Origin: Fistulifera solaris
Taxonomy: Eukaryota
Assembly: GCA_030295235.1 (NCBI GenBank)
Contig: AP026151.1
Location: forward strand, 434,001 to 498,000
Direction: 5' to 3'
Length of the DNA stretch: 64,000 nucleotides
Shown here one piece after another: positions 12,376-24,695 of the stretch. The position numbers and the translations under genes were made by a program. Under the pieces are notes generated by a model that was not told the DNA's origin, did no database searches, and worked only from the letters and a program-made list of their open reading frames with translations. The stretch's first letter is position 1, and every line of letters starts with the position of its first letter.

Positions 12376-13877
12376 GTTGTTGCAACTTATATTTTTATTT
12401 TGTAACAAATCGAGATTGTGAATGAAAGACGAAGGATTGCCAAATCGCGTCTCCGAGCGATGTGAATGGAAGTCCAGCCCGCGAGCTGGCAAGATTTTTT
12501 CCCACCAATCTTTTTGGAGGGAAAAGGCCATCGTGGCCCTAATTGTCAAACAGGTACAATTTACAGCTAGAGTGCAGCGGTATTTTAAATTTTTTAGCCT
12601 CCTAAGTACATGAAGTAAGACTAATAAGTATTCATCTGAACGGATTTCACCTCCCATTTTTCGCCATCCAGGTTTTTCCGTTCAAGGATCCAGGCAGTAA
12701 TCGATGCCGAAAACTACACGCGTATAGTGATCCGTCAGCATGCTCACGAATGTTTTCCTAAGTAAAATGGCTTCAAGCTAATTCAGCTTTTCCTTGAAGT
12801 ACATCTGGTACATGGTTCAAGATTTTACTACAAAACAGTATAGCCGCGATCTTTGAAATCTAACTCATGCTTCGGAGATATTTTGAAGTCTCACACTTTT
12901 TCTTTTTTCAGTCATGACGATTTTGTCTAACTAAATTTTTGAGACGTTATTTACAGTTATTTTATTACTGCCTGATTTTTCACCAATTTCGGCCTTTCTC
13001 CAGATTTCTGGAACGTTTTTGTCCCCCGATTTTTACGTCGTTGGTGGGAGTACAAGAATTTGGAGACAAATCGACGGAAATTACGAAAATGGGCTTTCGA
13101 AAGTCATCCAACAGTCATTTGCTGATTCACAATTAGGAAATTGGTACTGAATCTTTCGGCCATCTTCGACAACCCATAAACAAAGAAAGCCCAAACAATT
13201 GTTCTTCGTTCTGTATCCCAGTACCGTATTCGGTTCCGCTTCCGTTCTTTCATCACGAATGACTACTAAGTTCTTGTACTGCACCTTTCGGAAGCTGACT
13301 GGATTTGATTCATTCTTGCTTTCACGATGATTCACGAGTCAGTTTGAAGGCTGCGACGCGCAACTGGAACAAGCGGAAACCGACGACACTCGTTCCGTCA
13401 AGTCCACCAAGAGCCCAACAGTTGCCGGATCGCTGCTCTCACAGGCTTTATCTAATAGTTGACCGATGTTTCAACGCAACCATCAACAGCCGTGAAGGGG
13501 GCTAGAGGAAAGCGAAATTGGTGGCAACGAGACGACTTGACGTCGAATGAATTTATACTGTGAAAGGATTGCCTAAACACATCAGAACTCAAATTGCGGT
13601 CTTCGGACTTCACCAGAAATAAGCTTTAATCATTAGCTTTTTATTAATAGCTAACAAATTATCTTTTTCGTTAGCTTTGACTTGGACAGGTGTATAGCTT
13701 GTAATAACGCAGTTCGCCAAGGTTAGGGATCCGTCATGCCGTCCGTCGTCGCCCGTCACCAGACGTCCACCCAACAAAAGAAGTGGAGGAACATAGAAAA
13801 TTGCGACCATGCAAGTCGAAAGAGATCATCTTCGCCATGCACTACGACTGTAATCTCCCTACCGCACTCCTACCACA

Positions 13878-15323
13878 ATGAAAGGAATAGTCATAGAATT
13901 GCCACCGAATTTAGCACAGGAACTGCGTGAAGGAAAGATAGATGACGAATGGCAACAAGTCATTCCTTTGCCGCTTGTCGAAACAGCAGAAGAAGCACCC
14001 GTTCCCAACCATGATGACGACGATTTCTCTTTACCATCCACCATGCCGGCGATTCGCATCGATTGGGAAAATGTTTTAGGGTACATTCCTTCTCCCGACG
14101 AGGATTTATCGCCCGTCGTGGAAGCCCTCTGGTCGTCGGACGACGCGCTCGAAAAATTACTCCAAACACGAGTGGCTCGTCATACGTTGCGGGGCGCCGA
14201 GTGTGTGGATTATCCCCACTTTTTGTTGATTGAGAATCAACTCATTGCGACGGCCCGTATATGGAAAGCCGTCGTGCAACGACACGACATTCCCGTCGTC
14301 GAACATCTTTTGCAACACTTGCGCCAGTGTCATCGCACGTTGGCGTGGAAATACGCCATGCAGAACGAAATTCGAGCCTTGGCGGCTTCCGAAATATCCC
14401 ATCAGAAAATGCAAGAATGGAAACGAAACCGGCCGCAACAATTGCAAGAATTGTACGCGATGCGGGAGACGATGAATGAAATTTATGAGGACTCGCGTCA
14501 AAAAGTCGAAGCATTGGAGGACGAACGACGGCGTCGGGCGCAATTCGAATATCGAAAACAGTCCAACAACAACGACGATCTTTTGGATTTGTTTTCGCAG
14601 GACGACGAATCACTGTATCCCGACGATTACTTGGGTGACGAGTACAGTGTGAAGGATGATTCCAGTAGTGAAGCGAGTCAACAATCATGGTTAGATGAAG
14701 AAGACGACGTTCCCGCTGCGGAACAGGTTGCTACAGAGGAATCGGTGGCGGCTGTTACTTCGGACCTTGTAGCTGATACTTGTCCTCCAGTGGACGACAA
14801 CGAACCGACCGATGATGTCTTGGAGAATCATCCTACATCGAACCAACAACGCACACTGGAGGAGTATCTGGCCCAATTTACTACCACAGAACTTCGTAAG
14901 GCCCAAGCCGCGTTCACTGTCTTGGGACAGAAATTGAAAAACATTGACGAATTGTTGGAAACGTTGCAAGATGAAGAATGGGCGGCGGAAGAAGAAGGCG
15001 ACGAAATAGAGGACGTTTCACCGGATACTAACGAATTCGGTTTATTGGATCAGATTCTCGCCATGATCTTGGGTGCGACGGATTTGGCGCCACAGGAAGT
15101 ATTTCGGGAACACGCGGATATCGTTCAAGATTGGAAAGCGTATTTTGGACGACTGCCGCCTTCTGCAGAAAGTAAGCCTGCAGCACCACAAAAAGACCCG
15201 ACGGAATGGAAACAAACATTGGGGATTGTGGACAATTTTGAGACAGATTGGGATAGTGAGCCCGAAGAAACGAAACCTGAAAAGACTGGATTACGTCCCG
15301 GCGGTCGTCTCGTCATGCCCTAA
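13878..15323 (+). CDS. Hypothetical acidic coiled-coil protein (481 aa)
   Basis: Intact ATG-started ORF with E/D-rich and heptad-like segments. No family recognised. Confidence 0.75.
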   Translation: MKGIVIELPPNLAQELREGKIDDEWQQVIPLPLVETAEEAPVPNHDDDDFSLPSTMPAIRIDWENVLGYIPSPDEDLSPVVEALWSSDDALEKLLQTRVARHTLRGAECVDYPHFLLIENQLIATARIWKAVVQRHDIPVVEHLLQHLRQCHRTLAWKYAMQNEIRALAASEISHQKMQEWKRNRPQQLQELYAMRETMNEIYEDSRQKVEALEDERRRRAQFEYRKQSNNNDDLLDLFSQDDESLYPDDYLGDEYSVKDDSSSEASQQSWLDEEDDVPAAEQVATEESVAAVTSDLVADTCPPVDDNEPTDDVLENHPTSNQQRTLEEYLAQFTTTELRKAQAAFTVLGQKLKNIDELLETLQDEEWAAEEEGDEIEDVSPDTNEFGLLDQILAMILGATDLAPQEVFREHADIVQDWKAYFGRLPPSAESKPAAPQKDPTEWKQTLGIVDNFETDWDSEPEETKPEKTGLRPGGRLVMP

Positions 15324-15740
15324 CACACTAGAGGACCTATATTATGCTGCACGACGACGACGACTCACGTTATCTCCCCATCTCAATGACGCTCGAGCGA
15401 AAACGAATCACAGTTAGATCCATGCTATGAAATTGAAAGGGAGAATCATGCAAGTAGAAATTTCAGCTTTCGACCTGCCTTTGCATACCAGGTAATGAGA
15501 TGTAATGGTTGTCGAGCGCGCTCTCGAAAGTTAAGTACGGTATAGAGAGTACTACGTGTAACGCTAAGACAGATTCTTAGATTTTGTATAGTGAAAAAAG
15601 CAAAGCGTGACCGCACCACCCAAAAACGCCAAAATGACGATTTTATTGCATCAAAACAAAAAAGACCGGCCTCGTTGTAGTGTTGTTGCTGTAACAGACT
15701 TGTCATCATTCTTGCGTGTCGCTTTCGTTCCAGCAGGCAA

Positions 15741-16792
15741 ATGGATTTCGTTCTATTTGCCGGAACGGCCGTCTTGGGACGTTATTTTGTCACGCCACGC
15801 AAGTCTTTGAAAACTTCCACGTCCATCGCGGCGATTTCTTGGGAGACGTTGCAACAACAGAATGCCGTCACCAGCAATGCCTTGTTGGAAGAATACAAAG
15901 ATTCGCGTCGATTTGCCAAATTAGCGGCCTATGAAGGTGATTTGACCATTCAACGTGATCAAGAAGATGCTAGTAAATTAATCAAGGGCATTGAATTTGC
16001 GCAACAAAAAGGAGTGATTGATCCGAATTTTGTGCCGGAACCGTACATTCCCATGGATGTTTTGGGAAAAACACCCGATCAAGTAGCCGATCTCATATTA
16101 CAACACGTCAATGAACATCAAACGACCGAACAGAATGGATTGGTACTGGTGTTAGTCGGCTTGTCCGGCACGGGCAAAGGCACTACCGTTGCCAAATTGA
16201 ACGAAAAATTGCAACAACAGGGGTTATCCGTGACAAACTGGTCCAATGGGAATGTCTTTCGGAGTGTCACTTTGTTGGCGACGACCTGGTGTGAACAACA
16301 TCACGCCGATGACTTGGAAGCCGCCTTGACCAAGGACAACTTGGCGTCTTGGATGTCCATGTTGTCCTTCGGCAAAATCCAGAAGGCGTATACGATATAC
16401 GCATTCAAGGATTGGGATTGGATTGTTATGTTTCCAAAATTCAAAATACGCTCTTAAAGTCACCCACCGTCTCGAAATACATTCCCACGGTCGCACAATA
16501 CACGCAGGGCGAAGTCATTGTCTTTGCCGCGCAAGCGGTCGAAATTTTGCAACACGCCGGCGTTTGTGTTCTGTTGGAGGGCCGCGAATTGACCGTCAAT
16601 TATGTCCGAACGCCGCATCGATTCGTTTTGCATTTATCGGACGAAAGTTTGATCGGAAAACGTCGGGCGGCCCAGCGTCTCATGGCGGCGGCCTTGCACG
16701 ATGCGGAACAACAACGAGCCGATAATAGTAGTGTGAAAGAAATACTGGAGGCGGCGTTGGATCGGCTCGTGGAGGATATTACTCAGAATTAG
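15741..16792 (+). CDS. Cytidylate kinase-like P-loop kinase
   Basis: LVGLSGTGKGT P-loop, SNGNVFRSV (cf. Cmk DTGAMYRA), VSKYIPTVA, LLEGR. One missing A at ~16377. Confidence 0.7.
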
Positions 16793-16854
16793 TCAAAAGT
16801 ATATTTTGTGTATGGGTGTGAACTCAAGGTTAAACTAATGATATTGATGACTAA

Positions 16855-18326
16855 TTAATCATGAATGTTATTGTCAATCGAACGAAAGTTTTCAAAGAAA
16901 CCCCGGAATAGATTGTAGCCATGACTTAAATCGGTAATACCCATGACTTCGCGACACGAATGCATCGAAAGTTGGGGCATTCCGGCATCAACGACGCGAA
17001 TGCCCAATCGAGCCGAAATGGTGGGACCAATGGTGCTGCCACAGGGACAGTCGTTGCGGACTGAAAGGTGAAGAGAAATGTAAGACTCAATTTAAAGGTT
17101 GATTTGATAAATAACACGTCCTTGGCGACAATTATAAATTTACCTGCAAATTCTTGAATCGGAATATCCTTCTGACGAGCAATTTCTCGTACGACAAACC
17201 CCGTCAAGGAGTTGGTCGTGTATCTCTGATTGCAGTTGGTCTTGACGACGAGTCCATGGTTCAGTACGGGAGCATGTTGACTGTCGTGCTTACTGGCGTA
17301 ATTTGGATGCACCGCATGCGCTTGGTCGATCGACAAACAAAACGATTTCGCCTTGACAGTACTCAATTCCGTGACACCCAGTGCCGCACTGACGCGACGA
17401 ATGGCTTCGCCCATGACAGGAGAACCGGCACCATGACTCGATACACTCCCCACTTCCTCATGATCAAAACAGCAGATCATGGCAATATCCGTATCATCCG
17501 CCGGATCGTGAGCCGCCAGGGCTTCCACAGCACAAAAGACCGTGGCCAAATTATCCAAACGAGCCGAGTACAAGAATTCTTGATTCAAGCCACCGATGGC
17601 CGCCGGTTGTGTATCGTACAAGGAAAGTTCAAAGTCAGCAATTTGATGAACATCCACTTGCAATTCACGCGCAATCCGCTGCATCAGTGCCGGTTCTTGT
17701 CCTTGTTGCCAGGCGTCCAATTGCTCTGTCGCTCCTTTTTCCAATTCTTGCTGAGCAGTCGTAGTAGTGGTCGCTAAAATAGGACTGGTATGATCTTCAG
17801 TATTGACTTTGAAGGCCGCTCGTTCGTCCGGACTCTGCAAATGAATACACAAGGTCGAAACACGGGCCACGGGGTCTCGGATCTGCACGAGTTTTGGTTC
17901 CAATGTTTCCCCATTGCGAATCAATACTTTTCCAGAGATACTCAAATCCCGATCAAACCACGTATGCCACAATCCACCTCCATAACATGCTACCGCCAAT
18001 TGCACACATCCCTGTTTCGGCGGTTTCTTGCTGTTGGGTTTGACGGCCAAATTGGGACTGTCCGTGTGTCCCCCAATGAGATGGAATCCAAAGTCGTCTT
18101 TCGCCACTTTATTACCGACGGTAAATGCCACCAACGTCGAGTGGTGTACCGTGTAATAGTATTTGCCTCCTTTTTGGAGGGCGGGAAAATTGTGACGATA
18201 CTGCAGCGCTTGGAAGCCCGCGGCTTCCAGTTTTTGGATCGCTTGATGCACGGCATGAAAGGGATCCGTCGATGCACTGAGATACGAGCAGGCCTTTTCG
18301 GCAAACGCTAGGCGTGAATTTGTCAT
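16855..18326 (-). CDS. DNPEP: Aspartyl aminopeptidase (peptidase M18)
   Basis: [36 protein letters not shown]. Intron 17061-17143 restores [13 protein letters not shown] and QLSMHSCRE. Confidence 0.96.
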
Positions 18327-18889
18327 AACCGAACGTTTCTTTGCAATGTGATGAAGGAACGAAAAGAAGGAATAGAGCCAGCAGGAAGAGGACGGCACGT
18401 ATGGGAACATACCAGGTATTGTTGTTAAATTGTTGTTGGTTGTTATTTCGTTAATGCCCACATAATTATTACGGAGTACAGTATTTCTTCCCTTTCTGCA
18501 ATTTGATGTGACGGTGTGACGGTCAACATCGTATCGGTACAAATTCGCATAATCTAGAATTGATTCGAGTACCGAATGATTTATCGACTATCGCTTCTTT
18601 TGAACGGAAACAACAGCGTTAGATGTCCAATGCCTCTTGGTCCAACGGATGTTTATTTAAGGCTATTTTTCTCGAGATCTTCCACCCCAACGACGGCAGT
18701 GCGCGAACCGCAAAAAAATCCGCAACAGTTGAACGTTCCAACGCCACATTTTGGAGGGAGAGGAGGAGCGAGCCAGGCCTTCCGCGAGCCTTTTTATTTT
18801 TCTTTCACCGATCACACTCCTATTGCTTCCCATACATTAAGCCGTGCTATACATTGACTGCATTTTATTATTATTAGAGAAAAGCAACA

Positions 18890-20415
18890 ATGACTTCAAC
18901 AGAACATACAAAAGAGGAGGAAACGTCCCTGCGGTCGGCTGCCCTGGATGACCAACAAAAGACCAGTCAAGGTGCGGATCTGTTGCTTTCGTTAGCCGAA
19001 ACAGCTAGTGAACATGCGCAACTATCTGTGCAGGCGGACACGAATAGTCGAAACATCACTGAGAAATTTCAAAGCGAAACAGAAATCCAAGCCCCGGAAA
19101 GCATCCGCAGTCATCATTTACCACATCCGTACGGCTGGCAACGTCCCTACTATTACCATCATCCTTACGGAGGGATGCATCCGCTTGCACACTATCCTCC
19201 TCACTATCCAGTGCCAACCGAAGAAGTGCCTTCTTCGCCACTGCGAAAGCGTGTTGTTCTAGAATCCATCGATCTCTCCCCAGATGATGATGATGATGTG
19301 AAACGGCCTCGATTGGAAGAAAGTCGACAAGAATCATCACCTACTTCTCAATCCCCACGCTCCACGACGGACTATCCCGATGAAAAGGGCGCTACGAAAC
19401 GGGAGTCCGTGATTTCCCCTTCTTCTTCCTCTTCCAATGAGACAACGCAGCCAGGAGGAACCGACAACGATTCACAGACGGCCCGGCCAACGTCGCGCCC
19501 GTCAACACCCGGATTGACCTCGGATCTTTCGCGACAATATCCAGGTTATCACGGACCGCCCTACATAGGATACACTCCCGGCTTTTCTCATTACCAGTAT
19601 GGAGCACACCCCTCGATAGCCTATCATTATCCTTCGTTTTATTACCGAGGAGGAATGATGCCATCGTACAACAACAACAATACAAATCATAAACCCACCG
19701 TCTCGCCCACTCCTCCGCGCGACGATCGGAACGCTATGAAAGGCTTAGTACTTGCGGCTCGGTCTGATTTACTCAAATCATTTCCCGCGAGCGATAGCAA
19801 CTGCCACCGCTGCATTCCATTGAAACAGCCATTACCGGGGCGTCGTTGGTCGTAAGTGATGGATTGATTTTTCTAGAATAAATTCGAAGTATTTTTCTTT
19901 TCTGACTTATTTCTTTTACTCGTGCTCGCAGACGCGACGCCGAACAGGCCCAGCAAAGCGCCATGCCCGAATTCAGTCAGCTCGTGAACTTTCCCGATTA
20001 CCTAGCCCGCGGCCGGGAAGGCAAGACGGGCGCCGCCGCGACGGGCCAGAAAAATTGTGTCATGTGTGGCAAGCTGCGACCTTGTTCTGCTTCTACCATG
20101 AATCGCCGTGGCAGTACCGACGGTGGTGAAGACGATGGAGCCATGCACATCATTCCTCGTCAAAACAAAGGCGTCTGCACCGCTTGCGATGTTGCCGTTT
20201 GGGCCGTGGCGGGAGCCAAGCTAGAGGATGGTACGCCCATTGAAATCAAATGGTGCAAAGGCTGCAAAAACTTTCGTCCGTGGGCGGCCTTTGGTGACAA
20301 GGGAATGGCAACGAAATGCGTGCGCTGTCGTACGCGTCAAAAGGAAAAGTACGCCGCAGCCAAGGAGTCTGTGAAACTGGAGTTGCCGCGCGCCATTGAA
20401 GCGTACGCTCGTTGA
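18890..20415 (+). CDS. Two-exon protein with low-complexity N-terminus and C-terminal Cys-rich putative Zn/DNA-binding domain
   Basis: Intron 19852-19931 (GTAAGT..GCAG) joins the two ORFs in frame. CVMC..C, CTAC, WCKGC and CVRC motifs are followed by a basic helix. Confidence 0.75.
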
Positions 20416-20578
20416 AGCGACTGACTAGTCGTGTCAATGACTGGCTGCGACGGTCTAGTGTTCTTGCTTGGCGAATGGGCGTACTATAGTCACTTTTTGC
20501 TTTCTTAATAGAATGAAAAGATTAAAAAGCAGAGTAGCTAATTTACTTTTTAAAATGAGCACCCGAGTTCTAACAGTT

Positions 20579-21442
20579 CTACATGAGTTTCTTTTTGTGA
20601 AAATACCTTTTCAGGTAGGTCACTTGGATGTAAGTTACTGCTAGCAGTATACTCACGGAAAGATAGGAAAACCAGTGCACACGGGAATTGATACTGTCCG
20701 TTGTTTTTCTCATGCGCTGCTCTCTCTGCTCCATGTATCTCATTTCGCGCAGAATATTCTCCGCCGATGTAATGCTATCCTTCAGTGACTCTTCTAAGGG
20801 CGTCAGGTGGCTGTCTACAGAAAAACTGTCGGCTTGATCCAAATCGTTCGGTACATCCTCACTGATCAAAACAATATCCAACACAATTTGGTAATATTTT
20901 TCATCATCCCGGTTCTGTACACAAAGACCATATCCATCGATTTCCGCGTCTTCCGCATTCGCCCACCCCTTTCGTTTCGAACGAGCATTCGTGGTGCGAC
21001 TGATAAAATTGACCACCAGCGGTTTGAATACTTTCGCGGTGTACTGATTGTGATGCTTCTTGTCATCGTCCGCGGGGCGGTTCGTGAGCGTCACAATGAG
21101 CGGACTACCACCGCCTTGTGTTTTCTGATGATATTCGGACATGTGCGCCGCGACGTGTCCGGGCATTTCTTCGGGAAACTCGCGGGGGATGATGTTTTTG
21201 TCATTTTTGGCCTTGGTCAATTTGTAGACCTGATCAAAGTACCAACTTTCGACCTTCTCGTCCGGTATCTCTTCTTCACTGGGTAAAACTACGGCTACTA
21301 AATTGGCATCATCACCCATTGGAATTTGAAATTGAAAGCATCGTTCAGCGCCTTCGTCGATTTGCATGAGCACCGGGTAGGCATCGACGGAACGCATTAC
21401 GAATGACAGCGCCAGAGAGAGGATAAAGATCCACGAAGCCAT
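20579..21442 (-). CDS. p24/emp24/gp25L (TMED, GOLD-domain) cargo receptor
   Basis: Signal peptide, ERCF, coiled coil (EMRYMEQREQRMRKTTDSINSRV), TM, tail QVTYLKRYFHKKKLM. Confidence 0.92.
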   Translation of the reverse strand: MASWIFILSLALSFVMRSVDAYPVLMQIDEGAERCFQFQIPMGDDANLVAVVLPSEEEIPDEKVESWYFDQVYKLTKAKNDKNIIPREFPEEMPGHVAAHMSEYHQKTQGGGSPLIVTLTNRPADDDKKHHNQYTAKVFKPLVVNFISRTTNARSKRKGWANAEDAEIDGYGLCVQNRDDEKYYQIVLDIVLISEDVPNDLDQADSFSVDSHLTPLEESLKDSITSAENILREMRYMEQREQRMRKTTDSINSRVHWFSYLSVSILLAVTYIQVTYLKRYFHKKKLM

Positions 21443-21921
21443 TTTTAATAAACTCTCCGGGTTTTCACACCTGATTGTAAAGTTTTTTTTCAAATACTTG
21501 GAAAGCGTGCAAGCGCAGGTGTTCCCTTTGCTAGCAAATGACGGTGACCGCCATTGTCGGCTTTTGGCCGATTGCTTTCGACGTGATAATATGATAACGG
21601 ATCCTTGACGGACCAAGTCGTACAGGCACTGCTGCAACAACACTTCAATGGATTTTTAGGAACACGACTCGAATCTTCCTTTTGTGCCTCTCTAGTAACC
21701 TAAGGTGGAATTGTGTATAGTCTTCATCACGTTGTAACTGGTCTTTATTGAGTAACTAGCGCAATAGTCGGCATTAGGCTAGTACGGAATAAAGTTGACT
21801 TTAAGGGACAAAGTCATTAGGGCAAAATTCTGAGCTAGCAAAAGGTTGAGACATTGAAGAAGGAATTTGCAATTACTAACTTCGAAAGGTAGTCTAATGC
21901 TGTTTAGTATTCATGCTTAAA

Positions 21922-22494
21922 CTAAGGTTGAAGTGCACAAGAAACCATTTGTTGTGTCATTTCTATCAGGCAAGTTAGTTGCCGTGTTATGCCATCTTCG
22001 TTTCGACATGAAGCATAGTCTGTAACACAAGATCGCGTCTCCTGTTCACTTTTGGTACATATAAGCTGACCAGCGGCATCAAAAAAGAGTGCGTTGCATC
22101 CGCCACAGTAGTCGTCGACACAAGATTCATACGACTCGTCGCACTGGAGAGCATCACAAGGTCGAATCAAGCAAGTCACTGTCTCCAATTCCAAGTCTTC
22201 GGAAGAACAGGATCGTTCACTGCATACCATACCACAGAATCCAGCTTCACATGTTCGATAACCGATGCATTGAGGTATAAAATGCAGATTCGAGGGATTC
22301 ATGCAATCTGCCACGGTCTCACACGCTCCAAAGGGTCGGCAACTTCCTCTGGAACAGTATTCGCTATCCGCCGCACAATCATTGTCGGAAGAGCAATCCA
22401 AAATACGTTCCTCCAAACGGCCGTGAAGCCTCGCATGAGTCATCTGGAGCGCTAGTGACAATCCCAGTGTTTGTAATACAATCGTGCGTTTCAT
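21922..22494 (-). CDS. Secreted Cys-rich protein, one 18-Cys module
   Basis: Signal peptide MKRTIVLQTLGLSLALQMTHA, ERIL (RXL) site, then the module CSSD.DC...YC..G.C...G.C....DC.NPSN...CIGY...PC...C...SCV...CGGC...FF...G...C. Confidence 0.8.
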   Translation of the reverse strand: MKRTIVLQTLGLSLALQMTHARLHGRLEERILDCSSDNDCAADSEYCSRGSCRPFGACETVADCMNPSNLHFIPQCIGYRTCEAGFCGMVCSERSCSSEDLELETVTCLIRPCDALQCDESYESCVDDYCGGCNALFFDAAGQLICTKSEQETRSCVTDYASCRNEDGITRQLTCLIEMTQQMVSCALQP

Positions 22495-22998
22495 TTGAAA
22501 TATCGTGTGGGTAGTGTTTGTTGGAAATGCAATTTGTATTATGCGAAAAGATAGGAGGATGAAGTTGTGGGGACGGTTACACGGTTGTGCAAGATTGCGA
22601 ACTGATCTCAATCGTTGACGAAAATTGTGGTGAACGAAAAACGGTGTCGTCCGAAATGCGATGCTTTCGCATTCCAGCTAATCAGTCGTGGTTCCTAGTT
22701 CGTGATTCGGTATTCAGTCGTGATATGTCATCCTTCATTTTGTCCCGACAAGATTTTTATCATTATTTGGAGTCTCTAGGAATTCCTGGAACCTCAATGA
22801 TTTCCTTTGTATGTTCATCTTAGTCTATGCTTCAAGGAACGAGAGCGCTTCTCTTAGTGTCACCTCTCACATCGCCACATCCTTACGACAACCAGAAAGA
22901 GATGAAAAAGATTACTCTAGCGACTAAGATATTACTCCGTAGTTATTAAGACAATTATAAAGCTACCTTGTTACTATTACTTAACCTTTATGCAATCT

Positions 22999-23928
22999 TT
23001 AGTTTTGAATCAGCCGACAAATCCTGGTCCGGATAAATACCTTGGCTTGGCACATGGACTGTTGCCATACGTCCGTTTGCTCGCACTGGTCCACGACACC
23101 GCAGTCACCATTGGGCCGTGCGTCTTCGCAAACGCGTTGACCGGCGGCATTGAAGAATATGCCTCTACATGTTCCACAGAAGGTATTCACACAAGATGCT
23201 GCTTCTTCTGTACAAGTTGTTACGTCACACGGAGGAGCGTAACACTGGACGGCTTCTTCCGATGAACACTCGCTCTCCGAGCAGGTCTTTTCACAGGTCC
23301 CGGCGACACAGGTTGTGTATCCAATGCAGTCAATATCCGTGTACGCGTTAGATGGGTTCAGACAGTCTACTGTGTCTTCGCATGTTCCGATTTCAGTACA
23401 TTGACCATTCCTACAATACATATCCTCACCGCAGTCCATGTCACTGCTGCAACCTGGTTCGACGGAATCATTTTCAATCACACACGCTTGTTCACCCGAA
23501 GCCGTGAAGAAGCGGGCATTGCAGCCCCCGCAGTCATCATTGACACACGAAACGTAGTCTTCAGAACATTCGGTGACATTACAGGGCAAACGTTCGCGGC
23601 AATCGACTTCGTCGTAGTTCGGGCAATGGCTACCCGCACATTGTACCAGACACTCGTTATCGCTACTGCAGTATAAATAGCCCAGACACTCGATCATCGA
23701 ATACAGATTGGATGGATTCTTGCAATCGAGAGCATCCTCACAATACCCACCGGGTCGACAGAGACCGCGGTTGCAGTAGTCCCCAGAGGCACAATCTTCG
23801 TCAGAACTGCATGTTAGTTGCAGCATACGATGAGATTGCTGATTCGTTTGTTCCATAGGAACGGAATTATGTGTGATGGCTTCACATCGCATCAAGAGTG
23901 CGAGGCCTAGGAATCTGTAGGGTATCAT
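22999..23928 (-). CDS. Secreted Cys-rich protein, two tandem 18-Cys modules; paralog of 21922-22494
   Basis: Signal peptide, HRML (RXL) site, two copies of the same module. Confidence 0.85.
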   Translation of the reverse strand: MIPYRFLGLALLMRCEAITHNSVPMEQTNQQSHRMLQLTCSSDEDCASGDYCNRGLCRPGGYCEDALDCKNPSNLYSMIECLGYLYCSSDNECLVQCAGSHCPNYDEVDCRERLPCNVTECSEDYVSCVNDDCGGCNARFFTASGEQACVIENDSVEPGCSSDMDCGEDMYCRNGQCTEIGTCEDTVDCLNPSNAYTDIDCIGYTTCVAGTCEKTCSESECSSEEAVQCYAPPCDVTTCTEEAASCVNTFCGTCRGIFFNAAGQRVCEDARPNGDCGVVDQCEQTDVWQQSMCQAKVFIRTRICRLIQN

Positions 23929-24695
23929 CTTGAGAATTGCGCTAGTTGTTCAGTCTTTAATAGAGCCCGTAGTGTGTTGCTATATGCTTTGTTTGTTTGG
24001 CCATGAAGATTTCGATTTTATGTTGTGAATCGTTCGTCACTCAGTTCTCGTTGGCTGTCAAAAACGAATCAACAAGATCCTGTTCCTTTCGCACGTTCGC
24101 ATTTTCCGACTTCGTTGGACACGACTGGAAGAAAAGGAGACAGATAGAGGTCCAACGAGATCGTTAATAATCGTTACGTTTTCAAGTGGAACCAAGGTAC
24201 TTAAGTACTTATATCGTAAAAGGTGTAATTTAACCGCTGGATAGAAACACTAACGGATTTGAGAATAAACAACCATCATCATTTGCGGTATTTAGGTGAA
24301 TGCAGTATATCATGCCGGCTTTCTGCCTTAAGCGGGCGAGGGGCACGTGCCATCCAATCTATGTGACGTGTGACACTATCTACAATAGTACAAACATATT
24401 CGGGACTGAATCGAGTCGTTTCCACTAGTTAGGACCAATCAACGGACGTCGCAGCGGAATTGCCGGACCAATTGCAGATCGCACCTTTTTCGCGCCAGTC
24501 GCAAAAAGTGGCACGCAAGAATTTCAAGCTGCCGCTCTCTTTTGGATACATGAGAATACGAATCATCATCCGACCATGGGATGCAAACAATCCTTTCGAT
24601 TTTGCTGTTTCATTTCCTCTTCTCCAAAGCAACCAGCAAATCTACACTAATTTTTTTTGGGTGAAGTCGCTGAAGGCGCTTCTAGCAATTCAAGA

